Shown: positions 51,795 through 63,842 of the stretch, one piece after another | Position numbering within the stretch: position 1 is the stretch's first letter | Layout: the number at the start of each line of letters is the position of its first letter | Assembly (NCBI RefSeq): GCF_006345805.1 | Contig: NC_043016.1 | Location: forward strand, 11,780,001 to 11,844,000 | DNA length: 64,000 bases | Direction of reading: 5' to 3' | Origin: Octopus sinensis | Taxonomy: Eukaryota | Notes under the pieces: generated by a model | Database searches by the model: none | What the model saw: only the letters and a program-made list of their open reading frames with translations | What the model was told of the DNA's origin: nothing | Position numbers and translations under genes: made by a program

Positions 51795-51995
51795 CAGTGC
51801 TTTTCAAACTTTTTGCTGGAGCGGAACCCCAAGGAAACATTCCACTGGCTCGAGGAACCCCTGTGCAATAATTTAATAGTCTTATGCACACATATCTGCA
51901 CAGGAGAATTAAAAATTACTGCCGATTTTAGCAGTTTTGTAACTTCTTGCGGAACCCCTGCACTGTATTGGCGGAACCCTGGTTGAAAACCACTG
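51795..51995. mobile_element. hAT-family MITE with a perfect 8-bp TSD
   Basis: TIRs cagtgcttttcaa / ttgaaaaccactg, flanked on both sides by CCCTAATG (51787-51794, 51996-52003). Confidence 0.9.
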
Positions 51996-52654
51996 CCCTA
52001 ATGACTAAAAAAACCTCATTATTCATTGCGAATTCCTTGCCAGGAAAACCGTTTGTTCTTCATGTGTCTGCTTGATCAGGGTTGATCTGAGGCTAAACAA
52101 CACCCACCTCACCAGTCTGAGAAGGCAAGCAGAAGTTAAGACCAGTGTTTCCCCTCTTCCTGGGGCTAAGCGTAGTTGAAAACAAAATGCAAATTATGAA
52201 TATTTAACAGAATGGCGCTAACTGTAATATCTCATCTCAAAGAATCGGCTCAAAGAAAAACTTGTGTGCTCAGAAACACAGAGCTTGTACAGTGTTGTTG
52301 GCCTATTTTTAATTAGGAATGTTTCGAGTTCATTTAACTTCCTCAATGAAGAGCACCCCCTCCCCCAGACATTCTGAAAGCCTAAAAAAAAAAAAAAAAG
52401 GCTTGTTCTAATATAGAAATGATTTGTATATACATTATGTTACACACAATTATTTAAATCTAAAGCTGTTTCAATGTATATGTATTGATTTAATTCTAGC
52501 ATGACCGGCTTTTGCACAAATTAGCAAACATTTAGTTTACTAATTTCTATATCAGTATAAATATTTTTTTTTGCTCAACTCAGAATGTTCCGGGTCTTTA
52601 TCTCTGAGGGGACCAAATGAGATTGAAACACCAACAACATTCTGAGCAAGCTGT

Positions 52655-53055
52655 ACTCTTTTACTTGTTTCAGTCATTTGACTGCGGCCATGCTGGAGCA
52701 CTGCCTTTTAATCGAGCAACTCGACCCCGGGACTTATTCTTTTTGTAAGCCCAGTACTTATTCTATCGGTCTCTTTTGCCAAACCGCTAAGTAACGGGGA
52801 CATAAACACACCAGCATCGGTTGTCAAGCAATGCTAGGGGGACAAACACAGACACACAAACACACATACATATATATATACATATATACGACAGGCTTCT
52901 TTCAGTTTCCGTCTACCAAATCCACTCACAAGGCATTGGTCGGCCCGGGGCTATAGCAGAAGACACTTGCCCAAGATGCCACGCAGTGGGACTGAACCCG
53001 GAACCATGTGGTTGGTTAGCAAGCTACTTACCACATAGCCACTCCTGCGCCTATG
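52655..53055 (-). mobile_element. SINE family A (young copy)
   Basis: Near-consensus full copy. Confidence 0.92.
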
Positions 53056-53304
53056 CCTTTTTTTTTTTTAAATACATAAAAGTTTAAAAAGTTTATCTGG
53101 GACAAAGAGTTACAGCTAGAGCCATTCTGCATTTGTATATATGTTACATTATATGTAATGTATATACAAATATTTGCTGATGGAAACTAGTCTGAAACTT
53201 GTAAAGTACTGTCACTCCTCTCAAAGAAATATAATAAATAGATGCTCAATAAAAAGTACTGAGCAATCCTTCAGTTTAATGGAAATTGTTTTTATCAAAA
53301 CTCA

Positions 53305-53510
53305 ATATATGTTTCTTTACTACCCAAAAGGGGCTAAACACAGAGGGGACAAACAAGGACAGACAAAGGGATTAATTCGATTACATCGACCCCAGTGCGA
53401 AACTGGTACTTTATTTATCGACCCCGAAAGGATGAAAGGCAAAGTCAACCTCGGCGGAATTTGAACTCAGAACGTAACGACAGACGAAATACCGCTAACG
53501 ATTCCGCCAA
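53305..53510 (-). mobile_element. SINE family B (head internally deleted)
   Basis: Reverse complement of 46830-47062. Confidence 0.88.
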
Positions 53511-53789
53511 ATATCAATACATATTCATACACACTGGTCCTCTTCTGCTACAGAAATCAATTATGCTAATGGTTTTATCAGCTAATTGTTTCCTTTCAAT
53601 CATACGAATACACTGATGCCAATACTACATCTCAATTATCTCGACCTGCAAGTGTTACCATTATGCACATTGTTTGCTGGTATTCAATTTTCTAGTTCGC
53701 TATGGTATCACCTGAAGAATATGTTTCGGTTCTCTCAAAATATGTAACTATTAGTAGTGCTTTAATACATGTATTGTGACTGTGGCATG

Positions 53790-54125
53790 TAGGCGTGGGA
53801 GTGGCCGTGTGGTAAGTAGCTTCTACTATAGCCACGGGCTGACCAAAGCCTTGTGAGTGGATTTGGTAGACGGAAACTGAAAGAAGTCTGTCGTATATAT
53901 GTGTGTGTGTGTGTATATATGCTTGTGTGTCTGTGTTTGTCCCCCCAACATCGCTTGACAACCGATGCTGGTGTGTTTACGTCCCTGTAACTTAGTGGTT
54001 CGGCAAAAGAGACCGATAGAATAAGTACTAGGCTTACAAAGAATTAGTCCTGAGGTTGATTTGCTCAACTAAAGGTGCTCCAGCATGGCCACAGTCAAAT
54101 GACTGAAACATGTAAAAGGTAAAAG
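53790..54125 (+). mobile_element. SINE family A
   Basis: Opposite orientation to its neighbours at 52655 and 54495. Confidence 0.88.
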
Positions 54126-54494
54126 AGATATATATATATATATATATTAGTCATTTAGCCATAGAGGTCAAAGACTTGGAGCAAAGCAGCGAGTTGAACT
54201 CTCCTTTGTTTACATTAAGACTGGTCAGCCTGCTCTTTCAAAAACCTATGGAATAAAGAAATTCCTTTACTTGAAAAACAGGTAAGGTTCGGCAACAGGA
54301 AGAGCATCCAGCCCTAAAATCCTGCCTCGAGTAACTTGAGCCCACCACACCCATACTAGCATGGGAAAAAAAACAAAAGAATAGCCCCTTAGCGTTCAGA
54401 TTATTCTGTCAAATGTAATGCTTATTTATTCACATTGTTTAAAAGAATTGGTGAAGCTTCATATCAAAGATTCAAGAATTCAATGATCTGATTT

Positions 54495-54882
54495 ACTCTC
54501 TTTTACTCTTTTACTTGTTTCAGTCATTTGACTGCGGCCATGCTGGAGCACCGCCTTTAGTCGAGCAACTCGACCCCGGGACTTATTCTTTTTGTAAGCC
54601 CAGTACTTATTCTATCGGTCTCTTTTTGCCGAACCGCTAAGTGACGGGGGACATAAACACACCAGCATCGGTTGTCAAGCAATGCTAGGGGAACAAACAC
54701 AAACACATACATATATATATACATATATACAACAGGCTTCTTTCAGTTTCCGTCTACCAAATTTACTCACAAGGCATTGGTCGGCCCGGGGCTATAGCAG
54801 AAGACACTTGCCCAAGATGCCACGCAGTGGGACTGAACCCGGAACCATGTGGTTGGTTAGCAAGCTACTTACCACACAGCCT
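54495..54882 (-). mobile_element. SINE family A (young copy)
   Basis: Near-consensus full copy. Confidence 0.92.
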
Positions 54883-55064
54883 TACTTTTAGAATGTGAAT
54901 GCAGGTTAGATCATCATCATCATCATCATCATCATACAAAGCTCATTTTCCATGTTGGCATGGGTTGGACAGTTTGACAAGAGTTGGCAAACCAGAAGGC
55001 TGCACCAGGTTTCAATGTCTGTTTTGGCATGGTTTCTACAGCTGGAAGCCCTTCTATATACCTA

Positions 55065-55292
55065 TTTCTTTATTACCCACAAGGGGCTAAACATAGAGGG
55101 GACAAACAAGGACAGACATAGGTATTAAGTCGATTACATTGACCCCAGTGCGTAACTGGTACTTAATTTATCGACCCCCGAAAGGATGAAAGGCAAAGTC
55201 GACCACGGCGGAATTTGAACTCACAACGTAACAACAGACGAAATACGGCTACATATTACGCCCGGCGTGCTAACGTTTCTGCCAGCTCGCCC
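55065..55292 (-). mobile_element. SINE family B nested in a family C element
   Basis: Complete B copy between family C segments. Confidence 0.85.
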
Positions 55293-55639
55293 TTCTGTAT
55301 ACCAACTACTTTTTTTTCCCCCCTACATGGCACCAGCATTGGCAGGGTCACCAAGTAACTTGCAAGACAAAGATGCAAAAGGTTAAACCTGGACAATTTC
55401 AACCTAAAACAGGAAGAATATTTGAGCTGGGTATGGCCACTTTAAATGCTAAATGCTTAAACAAATGAACAAACAGAACTAGATAAACAATGGCAGGCTG
55501 CCTTTTTATCAATACGATTTCAAGGAGTGGAAACTATTTCCATGTTCAGTCAGAAAAAGTGAAAAAATTTGAGGTTTTAGAACTCACAAAAGAAAAGTAC
55601 TAAAATGGACCCCACCCTTTTTTTTTTTTATACAAGCCA

Positions 55640-55830
55640 CATCATCATCATCATCACCATCGTTTAACATCCGTTTTCCGTGCTAGCACAGGTTGGACGG
55701 TTCAACCGGGGGTCTGGGAAGCCAGGGGCAGCACCAGGCTCCAGTCAGATCTGGCAGTGTTTCTACAGCTGGATGCCCTTCCTAACGCCAACCACCCCGC
55801 GAGTGTAGTGGGTGCTTTTTACGTGCCACC
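55640..55830 (-). mobile_element. RTE-tail element (family C)
   Basis: Family C core and (CAT)n tail on the plus strand. Confidence 0.85.
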
Positions 55831-56619
55831 TTTTAATTAATTTGATTTCTAGAGAAAAACATTTAAAACATCAATTTGATTTTTTTCTTTTTATGGGTAC
55901 TGATTAAATAAACTGCAGTTCATTTTAATTTCAGAAAAAAATCCTGTATAAACTAATTTTTGAATGATTTTGAAAAGCAATTTTAAAATCTTCCTTTTAT
56001 CTTTTACTTGTTTCATCCATTAGACTGTGCCCATGCTGGGGTACCATCTGGAAGAATTTTTAATTGAACAACTCAACCCCAGTACCTTTTTTTTAAAAAA
56101 ATACCTGGTACCTATTCTATTGGTCTCTTTTGCCAAACCACTAAGTCACAGGGAAGTAAACAACAATTGTCAAGCGGTGGTGAGGGACAGACACACACTA
56201 TACACACACACACACACACACTTACATGACAGGCTTCTTTCATTTTCTGACTACCAAGTTTATAATTCTATTTATTCTCCAAGGAGAATTCTTGCTAAAT
56301 GCTTCTTATAAAAGAATATTTCTTTGTGGCAGTTTCATGTGTCAATGCATGCATACATTCTTGTCTTTCATAAAATCTGTTGTCATTATTAAAACTGCAT
56401 TCAAACACAAATTTGGGAGGCTAAAATACAATAATCTCAACTTGTTTGTTTAACTCTGAGTCAGCTATGACTAAGCAACATTTTATGACCAAAAGGCATT
56501 CTAGCTTTCTTTGATAAACTCTTTTTTCATTGGCACTGAGCTTCTAGAAAATGTACTCAAATGAACCAATGGCATTATAAGTACGATGTACTAAAAGCAG
56601 TAAGGAAACAAAATTCAGT

Positions 56620-56955
56620 ACTATGTAGCACCTTGGGCAAGTGTCTTCTACTGTAGCCCCAGGCTGACGAAAGTCTTGAGAGTGGGTTTAGTCGATGGAA
56701 ACTGAAAGAAGCCTGTTATAGATATATATCTGTGTGCGTGTGTGTGTGTGTCTGTGCTTGACCCCCTCGCCCACCATCACTTGTCAACCAGTGTATGGTG
56801 TGTTTATGTCCCCTTAACTTAGTGGTTTGACAAGAGACCAATAGAATACTAGGCCTAAAAAAATAAAGTTCTGGAGTTGATTTGTTTGACTAAGACTCTT
56901 CAGAGGGATGCTGCAGCATGGCTGCAGTCAAATGACTGAAACAAGTAAAAGAATA
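56620..56955 (+). mobile_element. SINE family A (diverged)
   Basis: gcaccttgggcaagtgtcttctact core and cagtcaaatgactgaaacaagtaaaaga tail. Confidence 0.8.
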
Positions 56956-57465
56956 GAGGGGGGGGGGGGCTTAACAGCAATTTTTAGCAAATTTCAAAGA
57001 GAAGGGGAGGTAATTTTATAAATTAAATTTCTCAAAATTAATTTTCATGCTTAGAGTAAGAAACTTTGATCTTTGCAGACAAGGGACAAATGTGATAGTG
57101 TAACCTAAGCAAGCTTGTTTAGCTTAGTTGACAAAGAATCCTTTTAGACATAGAAGGACCATTACAAAGAATTTTTTTTATTAGCATCTAAAAGAAAGAA
57201 GAAAAAAGAGAAACTCAAACAGGCCAATGACAAAGTTAAGGGGCACTAGGATTGTTTCCATATTTATTCTTGATATATTTATCAGAGTAAGCACATAAAT
57301 GCAAAACAAAGTGGGAAAAAAATAGTACTCAAATACCAGAGGTAGAGTAATATGCTTTATTAAAAAACAGAAAAAATATCACAAAAACTGTTACTCAGAG
57401 TTTCACGTTCCCATTCGTCAAAACTGTCTGACAAATGTGAAACTGAGTACACTTCTTAATAGATA

Positions 57466-57839
57466 TCTTTATATATAAAAGTGAGGTTGTGTGCTGTCTG
57501 TCTCCTACGATTTAGATTCCTACTACTCCCACATTTTGCGGTGCAGTGTAACCAAAAGCGGGTATCTTATAGTCGTGATTCATATCGAGCCCTTCTGGGT
57601 ATTAACGCGCGTCTACGATTTAAAAAAAATTTACCATCAATTTTTCCCATTTTTTTGCTATTATATAAGGGAAGTAACTCTCTAAAAATGTATTATTAAA
57701 TCTCAGAACGTAAAAAGCTACAGTAACACCCCCCCTTTTGGGTTAGCCATATTGAGATGGCTATTATACTTTACATCTCTAAAAATGCTTATATAGTTAT
57801 TTCCCTACAACCCCGAGCAACGCCAGGCAATACTGCTAG
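57466..57839 (+). mobile_element. Non-autonomous Helitron, copy 1
   Basis: A|TC start, 3' hairpin cccgagcaacgccagg, CTAG|T end. It shares its body with 58570-59037. Confidence 0.85.
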
Positions 57840-57846
57840 TGTATAT

Positions 57847-57906
<60 letters not shown>

Positions 57907-58569
57907 GGCAGATTCAGAGTCAAATATGCTACTTGCTGTTGTGTACATCACAAGAGAACAACTCTTCTCTCTCATGATGACAATTGTTCATAACATACTA
58001 GGCTCTGGGAAACCAGTGTTTCAACATGTGTCTCATCAGCCAGAATTAGCAGGAGCTCTGATCCAGGACAAAGTTACTGGCTTTGTTTAGAATTTCAGCA
58101 AACAAATTGTTTGCCGAGTGACGCTCATTATCTGCCAACCAATAAAAAATATTTATTTGCACTGTGCACAGCAAGATCTGGAACAATTATCCACCCATTT
58201 ATTCTTAACATGTCCAGCAGATTCAAACACAAAATATGCTGGTCACTGTAGTGTGTGTCACAGGAGAATAACCCCTCTCATTATTATGACAATAGCAGGT
58301 TCCGCACACTTGGCTCATTTAGGCACAACATTCTGAGATACTAATGTTTTGGCATGGGGTTAGTCAGCCAGAAGCAGCACCCTTACTTTTGAGCCTAAAC
58401 AAGACCCTGGCTTTATTTATAATTTCAGTAAACAAGCTGTTTACTAATCAGTGCTTATATCTGCTAAAAAAAAAAGAAGAAAAAAAATCATCTTTACAGA
58501 GAGATCTGAAAATGATGATTAGCGTATTTGCATTCAATTTGCATATTTTACATATTCTGCCTGGACATA

Positions 58570-59037
58570 TCTATATATATAAAACTCTAGTTGTGTGAGT
58601 GTCTGTCCCCTTCGATTTAGATTCCTAACTCCTCCCACATTTTGCGGTGCAGTTTAACCAAATTCGGGTATCTTATAGTCGTGATTCATATCGAGCCCGT
58701 CTGACTATTAGCGCGCATCAACGATGAGTCTACGATTTTAAAAATAATTTAACATCATTTTTTATTCCATTTTAATGCATAAAATGCATCGTGTGTCGAT
58801 GGCGGCGGAGTTGGCGTCCACGCTCACAGCTGCACCTGTTTGCTTCTCCCCCTTCCCTCCCTCGTGAAGCTGTGGGGAAGGAAACCAGCGTTCTTTTAGA
58901 ACAACGACTTCATGGCTTGAAGACACCAAAACAAAAATGGCTAAGAAAGCCCGAATTTATAAGGGAAGTAACTCTCTAAAAATGCTTATATAGTTATTTC
59001 CCTTACAAACCCGAGCAACGCCGGGCGATACTGCTAG
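58570..59037 (+). mobile_element. Non-autonomous Helitron, copy 2
   Basis: A|TCTATATATATAAAA start, hairpin cccgagcaacgccggg at 59010-59025, CTAG|T end. Confidence 0.88.
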
Positions 59038-59612
59038 TTAAGAATAAATAAGCAAGCAATCATTTCAGATTTTACTGTACATGGTGAAAATATTTATTTT
59101 TTTTTTAATATTGAATGTCATTCACAAGAAATTCTAAATCAAAATTCACTAAAAGAGAATCTAAAATGACATTTTCCAATATGTCCTTTTAACCCTTGCT
59201 AGCACTGACAACGGACATTAGATGATGATGTAATTTGAGGGCAATTTGGTTACCATATTAGCAAGTCAGATGACCAAAAAAACGCCTTTCCAGTTGATTC
59301 AATGACTCCAGAATTGCTTAGAACCATACATAAAACTTGAAATATAACCATCTTACAGTATGGATAGTAAGATGCACTGGAAGTTAAATAATTTAGGGGA
59401 CACTAATAATCATTTTTTTTTTTTCACTTTTTTTTACAGTTGTTGGACTGAAGCTATGCTGGGACCAGTGTCTTGAACTCCAGTACTAATTTCAAGTCTG
59501 CTACTTATTCTATCATTCCCTCTGGCCAAACTGCTAAGTTATGGAGAAGTAAACACCAATACTGATTGTCAAGCAGTGGTGGAGGAACAAACAGATACAA
59601 AGACACCTACAC

Positions 59613-59655
<43 letters not shown>

Positions 59656-59698
59656 GATAAATCTCAGAGCGAGTTATAAACAGTAGCGGTAACACATC

Positions 59699-59987
59699 GT
59701 GACGCATATTTGCCATTTGAATATGGCTAACCCTAAGGGTGGATGCTACTGTAGTTTGTAGCCCCAGGAAGATATCTCCTCCAGCTGGCTATAGACACAC
59801 TATCTGTGCCCTATCAGTATTTGTGAAGGGAAGTTGAAGACGGGAAGGATGACTTCCTTCACAAATACTGATAGGGCACAGATAGTGTGTCTATAGCCAG
59901 CTGGAGGAGATATCTTCCTGAGGCTACAAACTACAGTAGCATCCACCCTTAGGGGTTAGCCATATTCAAATGGCAAATATGCATCAC
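59699..59987. repeat. Fold-back inverted repeat, 136-bp arms and 17-nt loop, embedded in (TA)n
   Basis: Arms 59699-59834 and 59852-59987 are reverse complements, with 2 substitutions and 2 single-base indels. Confidence 0.95.
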
Positions 59988-60011
59988 TATATATATATAT
60001 AATATATATAT

Positions 60012-60380
60012 ATAGGCGCAGGAGTGGCTGTGTGGTAAGTAGCTTGCTTACCAACCACATGGTTCCGGGTTCAGTCCCACTGCATGGCACCTTGGGCAAG
60101 TGTCTTCTACTGTAGCCTTGGGCTAACTAATACCTTGTGAGTGGTTTTGGTAGACGGAAACTGAAAGAAGTCCGTCATATATGTGTGTGTTTGTGTGTGT
60201 CTGTTTATCTCCGAACCATTACTTGACAACCGATGTTGGTGTGTTTACATCCCCATAACTTAGCGGTTCGGCAAAAGTGACTGATAGAATAAGTACTGGA
60301 CTTACAAAGAATAAGTCCTGGGGTTAATTTGTTCGACTAAAGATGGTGCTCCAGCATGACCTCGGTCAAATGACAAACAT
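60012..60380 (+). mobile_element. SINE family A
   Basis: Head aggcgcaggagtggctgtgtggtaag, full body. Confidence 0.9.
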
Positions 60381-60904
60381 ATATTTATTTAAAAAAAGGC
60401 AGTGATCTGGCAGAATTATTAGCATTCTGGGTGAAATGCTAAGCAGTATTTCATCCGTTTTTACATTCCAAGTTCAAATTTCGCCATGATCAATTTTGCC
60501 TTTTATCCTTTCAGGGTCGATAAATCAAGTACCAGTTGAGTACTGGGGTCTATGTAATCGACTATACCTCTCCCCCAAATTTCAGGCCTTGTGTGTATAG
60601 TAGAAAGGATTATTAAGCTGGTGTTAGAAACACAAATTAACAAGACATTTTCTATAGGTTTAAATTTAGATCACTATCAAAGTGATTTTGTGTCATAGAT
60701 CCAAGGGTGGTCTTAGTCAGGTTTGTATCAAGTGGGTTAATTCCTTTACAAGTTACTTTCCAACATCAATACAATATAGCACCAATACACGCACACCCAT
60801 TCTCAAATTAAGCCACATGTTCATACCATGCACAGTCATTTCTCCTGCATACATCAGCTGTTTTTCATTAATTTGTACTTTGTGTATCTTCTAATTAACT
60901 TTAA

Positions 60905-61125
60905 CCCTTTAGCATTTAAACCGGCCATATCCGGCCAAAAGTATTCTGCCTGTTTTATGTTCAAACTGGCCAGATCTGGTCTCTCACACCAACCTTACAA
61001 TATCATCTTAAAAATGAACAGCTACCTCATCAAAATCTCATAGCTACAAGATGATGCATGATTAGTTCAAAACAATGTGGATGAAGAAGTATTAATTTTG
61101 GCAGAATAATGTGAACACTAAAGGG
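60905..61125. mobile_element. piggyBac-like MITE with TTAA TSD
   Basis: TTAA|CCCTTTAGCA ... CTAAAGGG|TTAA. Confidence 0.88.
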
Positions 61126-61284
61126 TTAAATGTCCAATGAATTGTACTTGCACCGATTATTGTTAGGCACTGCACCATTTCTGCATTTAGTTGCACATGT
61201 CCCCATACCGTGCAACATCACCAGCTCTATCAACATTAAACTACAATTCTACATAAAAATACTGAATGGCCTTTTAATTTCTAA

Positions 61285-61460
61285 ATATACTCCCACTACA
61301 CTCACGGAGTGGTTGGCATTAGGAAGGGCATCCAGCCGTAGAAACATTGCCAGATCAGACTGGGCCTGGTGCAGCCTTCTGGCTTCCCAGACCCCAGTTG
61401 AACCATCCAACCCATGCTAGCATGGAAAGCGGATGCTAAACGATGATGATGATGATGATA
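61285..61460 (+). mobile_element. RTE-tail element (family C)
   Basis: Near-consensus core and (GAT)n tail. Confidence 0.88.
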
Positions 61461-62293
61461 GGTTGTCAAATAATTCATTATTCAAATTAATTCATTCATT
61501 TTATCCAATTTCAATGCTGAAGATGGGACTCATGATCTGTACCAATCTTTGGGTTTTTTTCTTTATTTAAATAATGGTTTTGAAGTACAATTTTCTAGGA
61601 TATCATATCTCTCCCTCAAACAACTAAATCAAAATGTCTAGTTTTAATCTAAGTTATCCCTTTCATATTCCAACAAAACAGCTGAATATCTTTTCATATT
61701 TTCATAGCATTTATAGTTCTTTCTTTACTACCAGAAAAAAAAAAACACACACACAATCATATGGTCTGATTGCAAAAAACGAAAAACAAAAGTTTTTCAG
61801 ATATCTATCTATAGCCACTGTGTTTATCAGCACCCTATCTAAGTCACCTGAATAACAAAGTATCTATTTGCTCATAAGAACTACCACAACAGACTTTAGA
61901 GCTGGTTGTGCTAAATTCTACAGTTACCTAAGCCATCTGTTGCCAAATTTCTCACGTTTCTCTCTTCTCTCAGCCTCACTTAGAACAATATATATTTCAC
62001 CAATACTGATTTTCAAGGCAAAACACTGGACCAATAGAATAATAAATTAATTTTTAAAAAATTAATACTTTAAGCAATCAATGACAGTTTTCAAAGAACC
62101 CTGTATATTATTTTTGAAACAACATTTTGTAATTAGAATATAATACTTGTCCCAATGGGATTTTTTTTTTTTTTTGTTGCTAAAAGCATTAAGTAATGCA
62201 TTAAGTAGAAGAGTGGTTAAGACTGTTGCTGTCTTTAGTTTACAAATAAACTTTACTAATCTGAATTTAGATTGGTTAACAAATGTTAATACA

Positions 62294-62472
62294 TATAGGC
62301 GCAGGAGTGGCTGTGTGGTAAGTAGCTTGCTAACCAACCACATGGTTCCGGGCTCAGTCCCACTGCATGACATCTTGGGCAAGTGTCTTCTGCTATAGCC
62401 CCGGGCCGACCAATGCCTTGTGAGTGGATTTGGTAGACGGAAACTGAAAGAAGCCTGTCGTATATATGTATG

Positions 62473-62540
<68 letters not shown>

Positions 62541-62748
62541 TTGTGTGTCTGTGTTTGTCCCCCTAGCATTGCTTGACAACCGATGCTGTGTGTTTACGTC
62601 CCCGTCACTTAGCGGTTTGGCAAAAGAGACCGATGAAAATAAGTACTGGGCTTACAAAGAATAAGCCCCGGGTCGAGTTGCTCGACTAAAGGCGGTGCTC
62701 CAGCATGGCCGCAGTTAAATGACTGAAACAAGTAAAAGAGTAAAGAGA
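62294..62748 (+). mobile_element. SINE family A (young copy, expanded internal TA repeat)
   Basis: Full head-to-tail with a (taaaagag)n tail. Confidence 0.92.
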
Positions 62749-62849
62749 GAGTCATTGATGATGAGTGGAGATCAAAACCTTAACAAGACATTAAATGTTT
62801 TAATCTCTTCAAATAAGGTTAATAATATTAAAAATCATCATCTTCATTA

Positions 62850-63365
62850 CTGAGCTCTGCTAAGCCATCGATCCACTTTGCCAGGGTCTTCTTTGTGAGG
62901 GGGTTATGTTTCTGCTCCACAGAGGAGAATGGAGAAGACCAATGCATTGTAGATGCAAAGCTTTATCTTCTGGGAGACAGAACAATGGTGCCACCAATGC
63001 TTCCACAAAGTGATGAGAAGAACTTTACATAGAACCATCATATTTCCAACCTCATAGCCATCCACAGCAAGAACTGGTACAGCCACATCCTCTGCCACCT
63101 GCCAAATCATCCTACCAGAAGAGCCTTATTCCCATTTGATGTAGAGGCAGCAGGTTGGAAGAGGCCCTATGGCAGACTCCACACCATATAGCTGGACATG
63201 TTTAGGGAAGATCTTGATGTCATCTTGGAGGATGCTGAGTGGCGGGGACAGGATTGCCAGAGACGGGAAGCACTGGTGTACCTGGTCAGCTCTACACACA
63301 ATGACGCTTCTAGGAGCACTGACCTGGCAGGACCCCCACAAGTCCCATCAAGTAAGAGCATGAAG
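62850..63365. mobile_element. Degenerate RTE-like LINE remnant with two oppositely oriented segments
   Basis: Minus strand: KIKLCIYNALVFSILLCGAET. Plus strand: HPTRRALF...GWKRPYGR...STHNDASRSTDLAGPPQV. Confidence 0.6.
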
Positions 63366-63409
63366 CAGCAAGCAGTAGCATCTTCTTTATAACTATCTCA
63401 CACATTTAA

Positions 63410-63842
63410 CCCTTTAGCATTTTAACTGGTCGTGTCCAGCCCAAATACTAACCAGTTTTATATTTAAACCAACCAAGTCTGACCAGGTCTAGCCTACCAG
63501 GAAATGTCTTTAAATTAACCTATCACACCACCAAAGTCTCAAAAGCTACAGGATAATATACAATGAATTGAAAACAATGTGAATAAACGAACATTACATT
63601 TGATAAAGTTATTTGAATATTAAAGGGTCAATCCTTTAGAATTTAAACTGGCCATATCCTAAATATTCTATTCGTTTTATGTTCTAACTGACCAAATCTG
63701 GCCTACCAGGCAATATATTTCTAAAACTAAACAATCACATCATCAAAATCTCAAAGCTATGAGATAATGCACAATTAATTCAAAACAGCATGTATAAATA
63801 AGCATTACATTTGACAAAATAATCTGGATGTTCCACAGTTAA
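63410..63842. mobile_element. Two tandem piggyBac-like MITE copies
   Basis: ttaaccctttagcat at about 63407. The family body repeats twice, with a junction at about 63620-63640 (taaagggtcaatcctttag). Confidence 0.7.

Noticed and set aside
20383-62579. Recurrent short ORFs such as MSSNARGTNTDT..., MTTDAGVFT... and MDGSTGVCEA...
   Set aside because: They recur only because they are translations of SINE A and family C copies. They are not a gene family.
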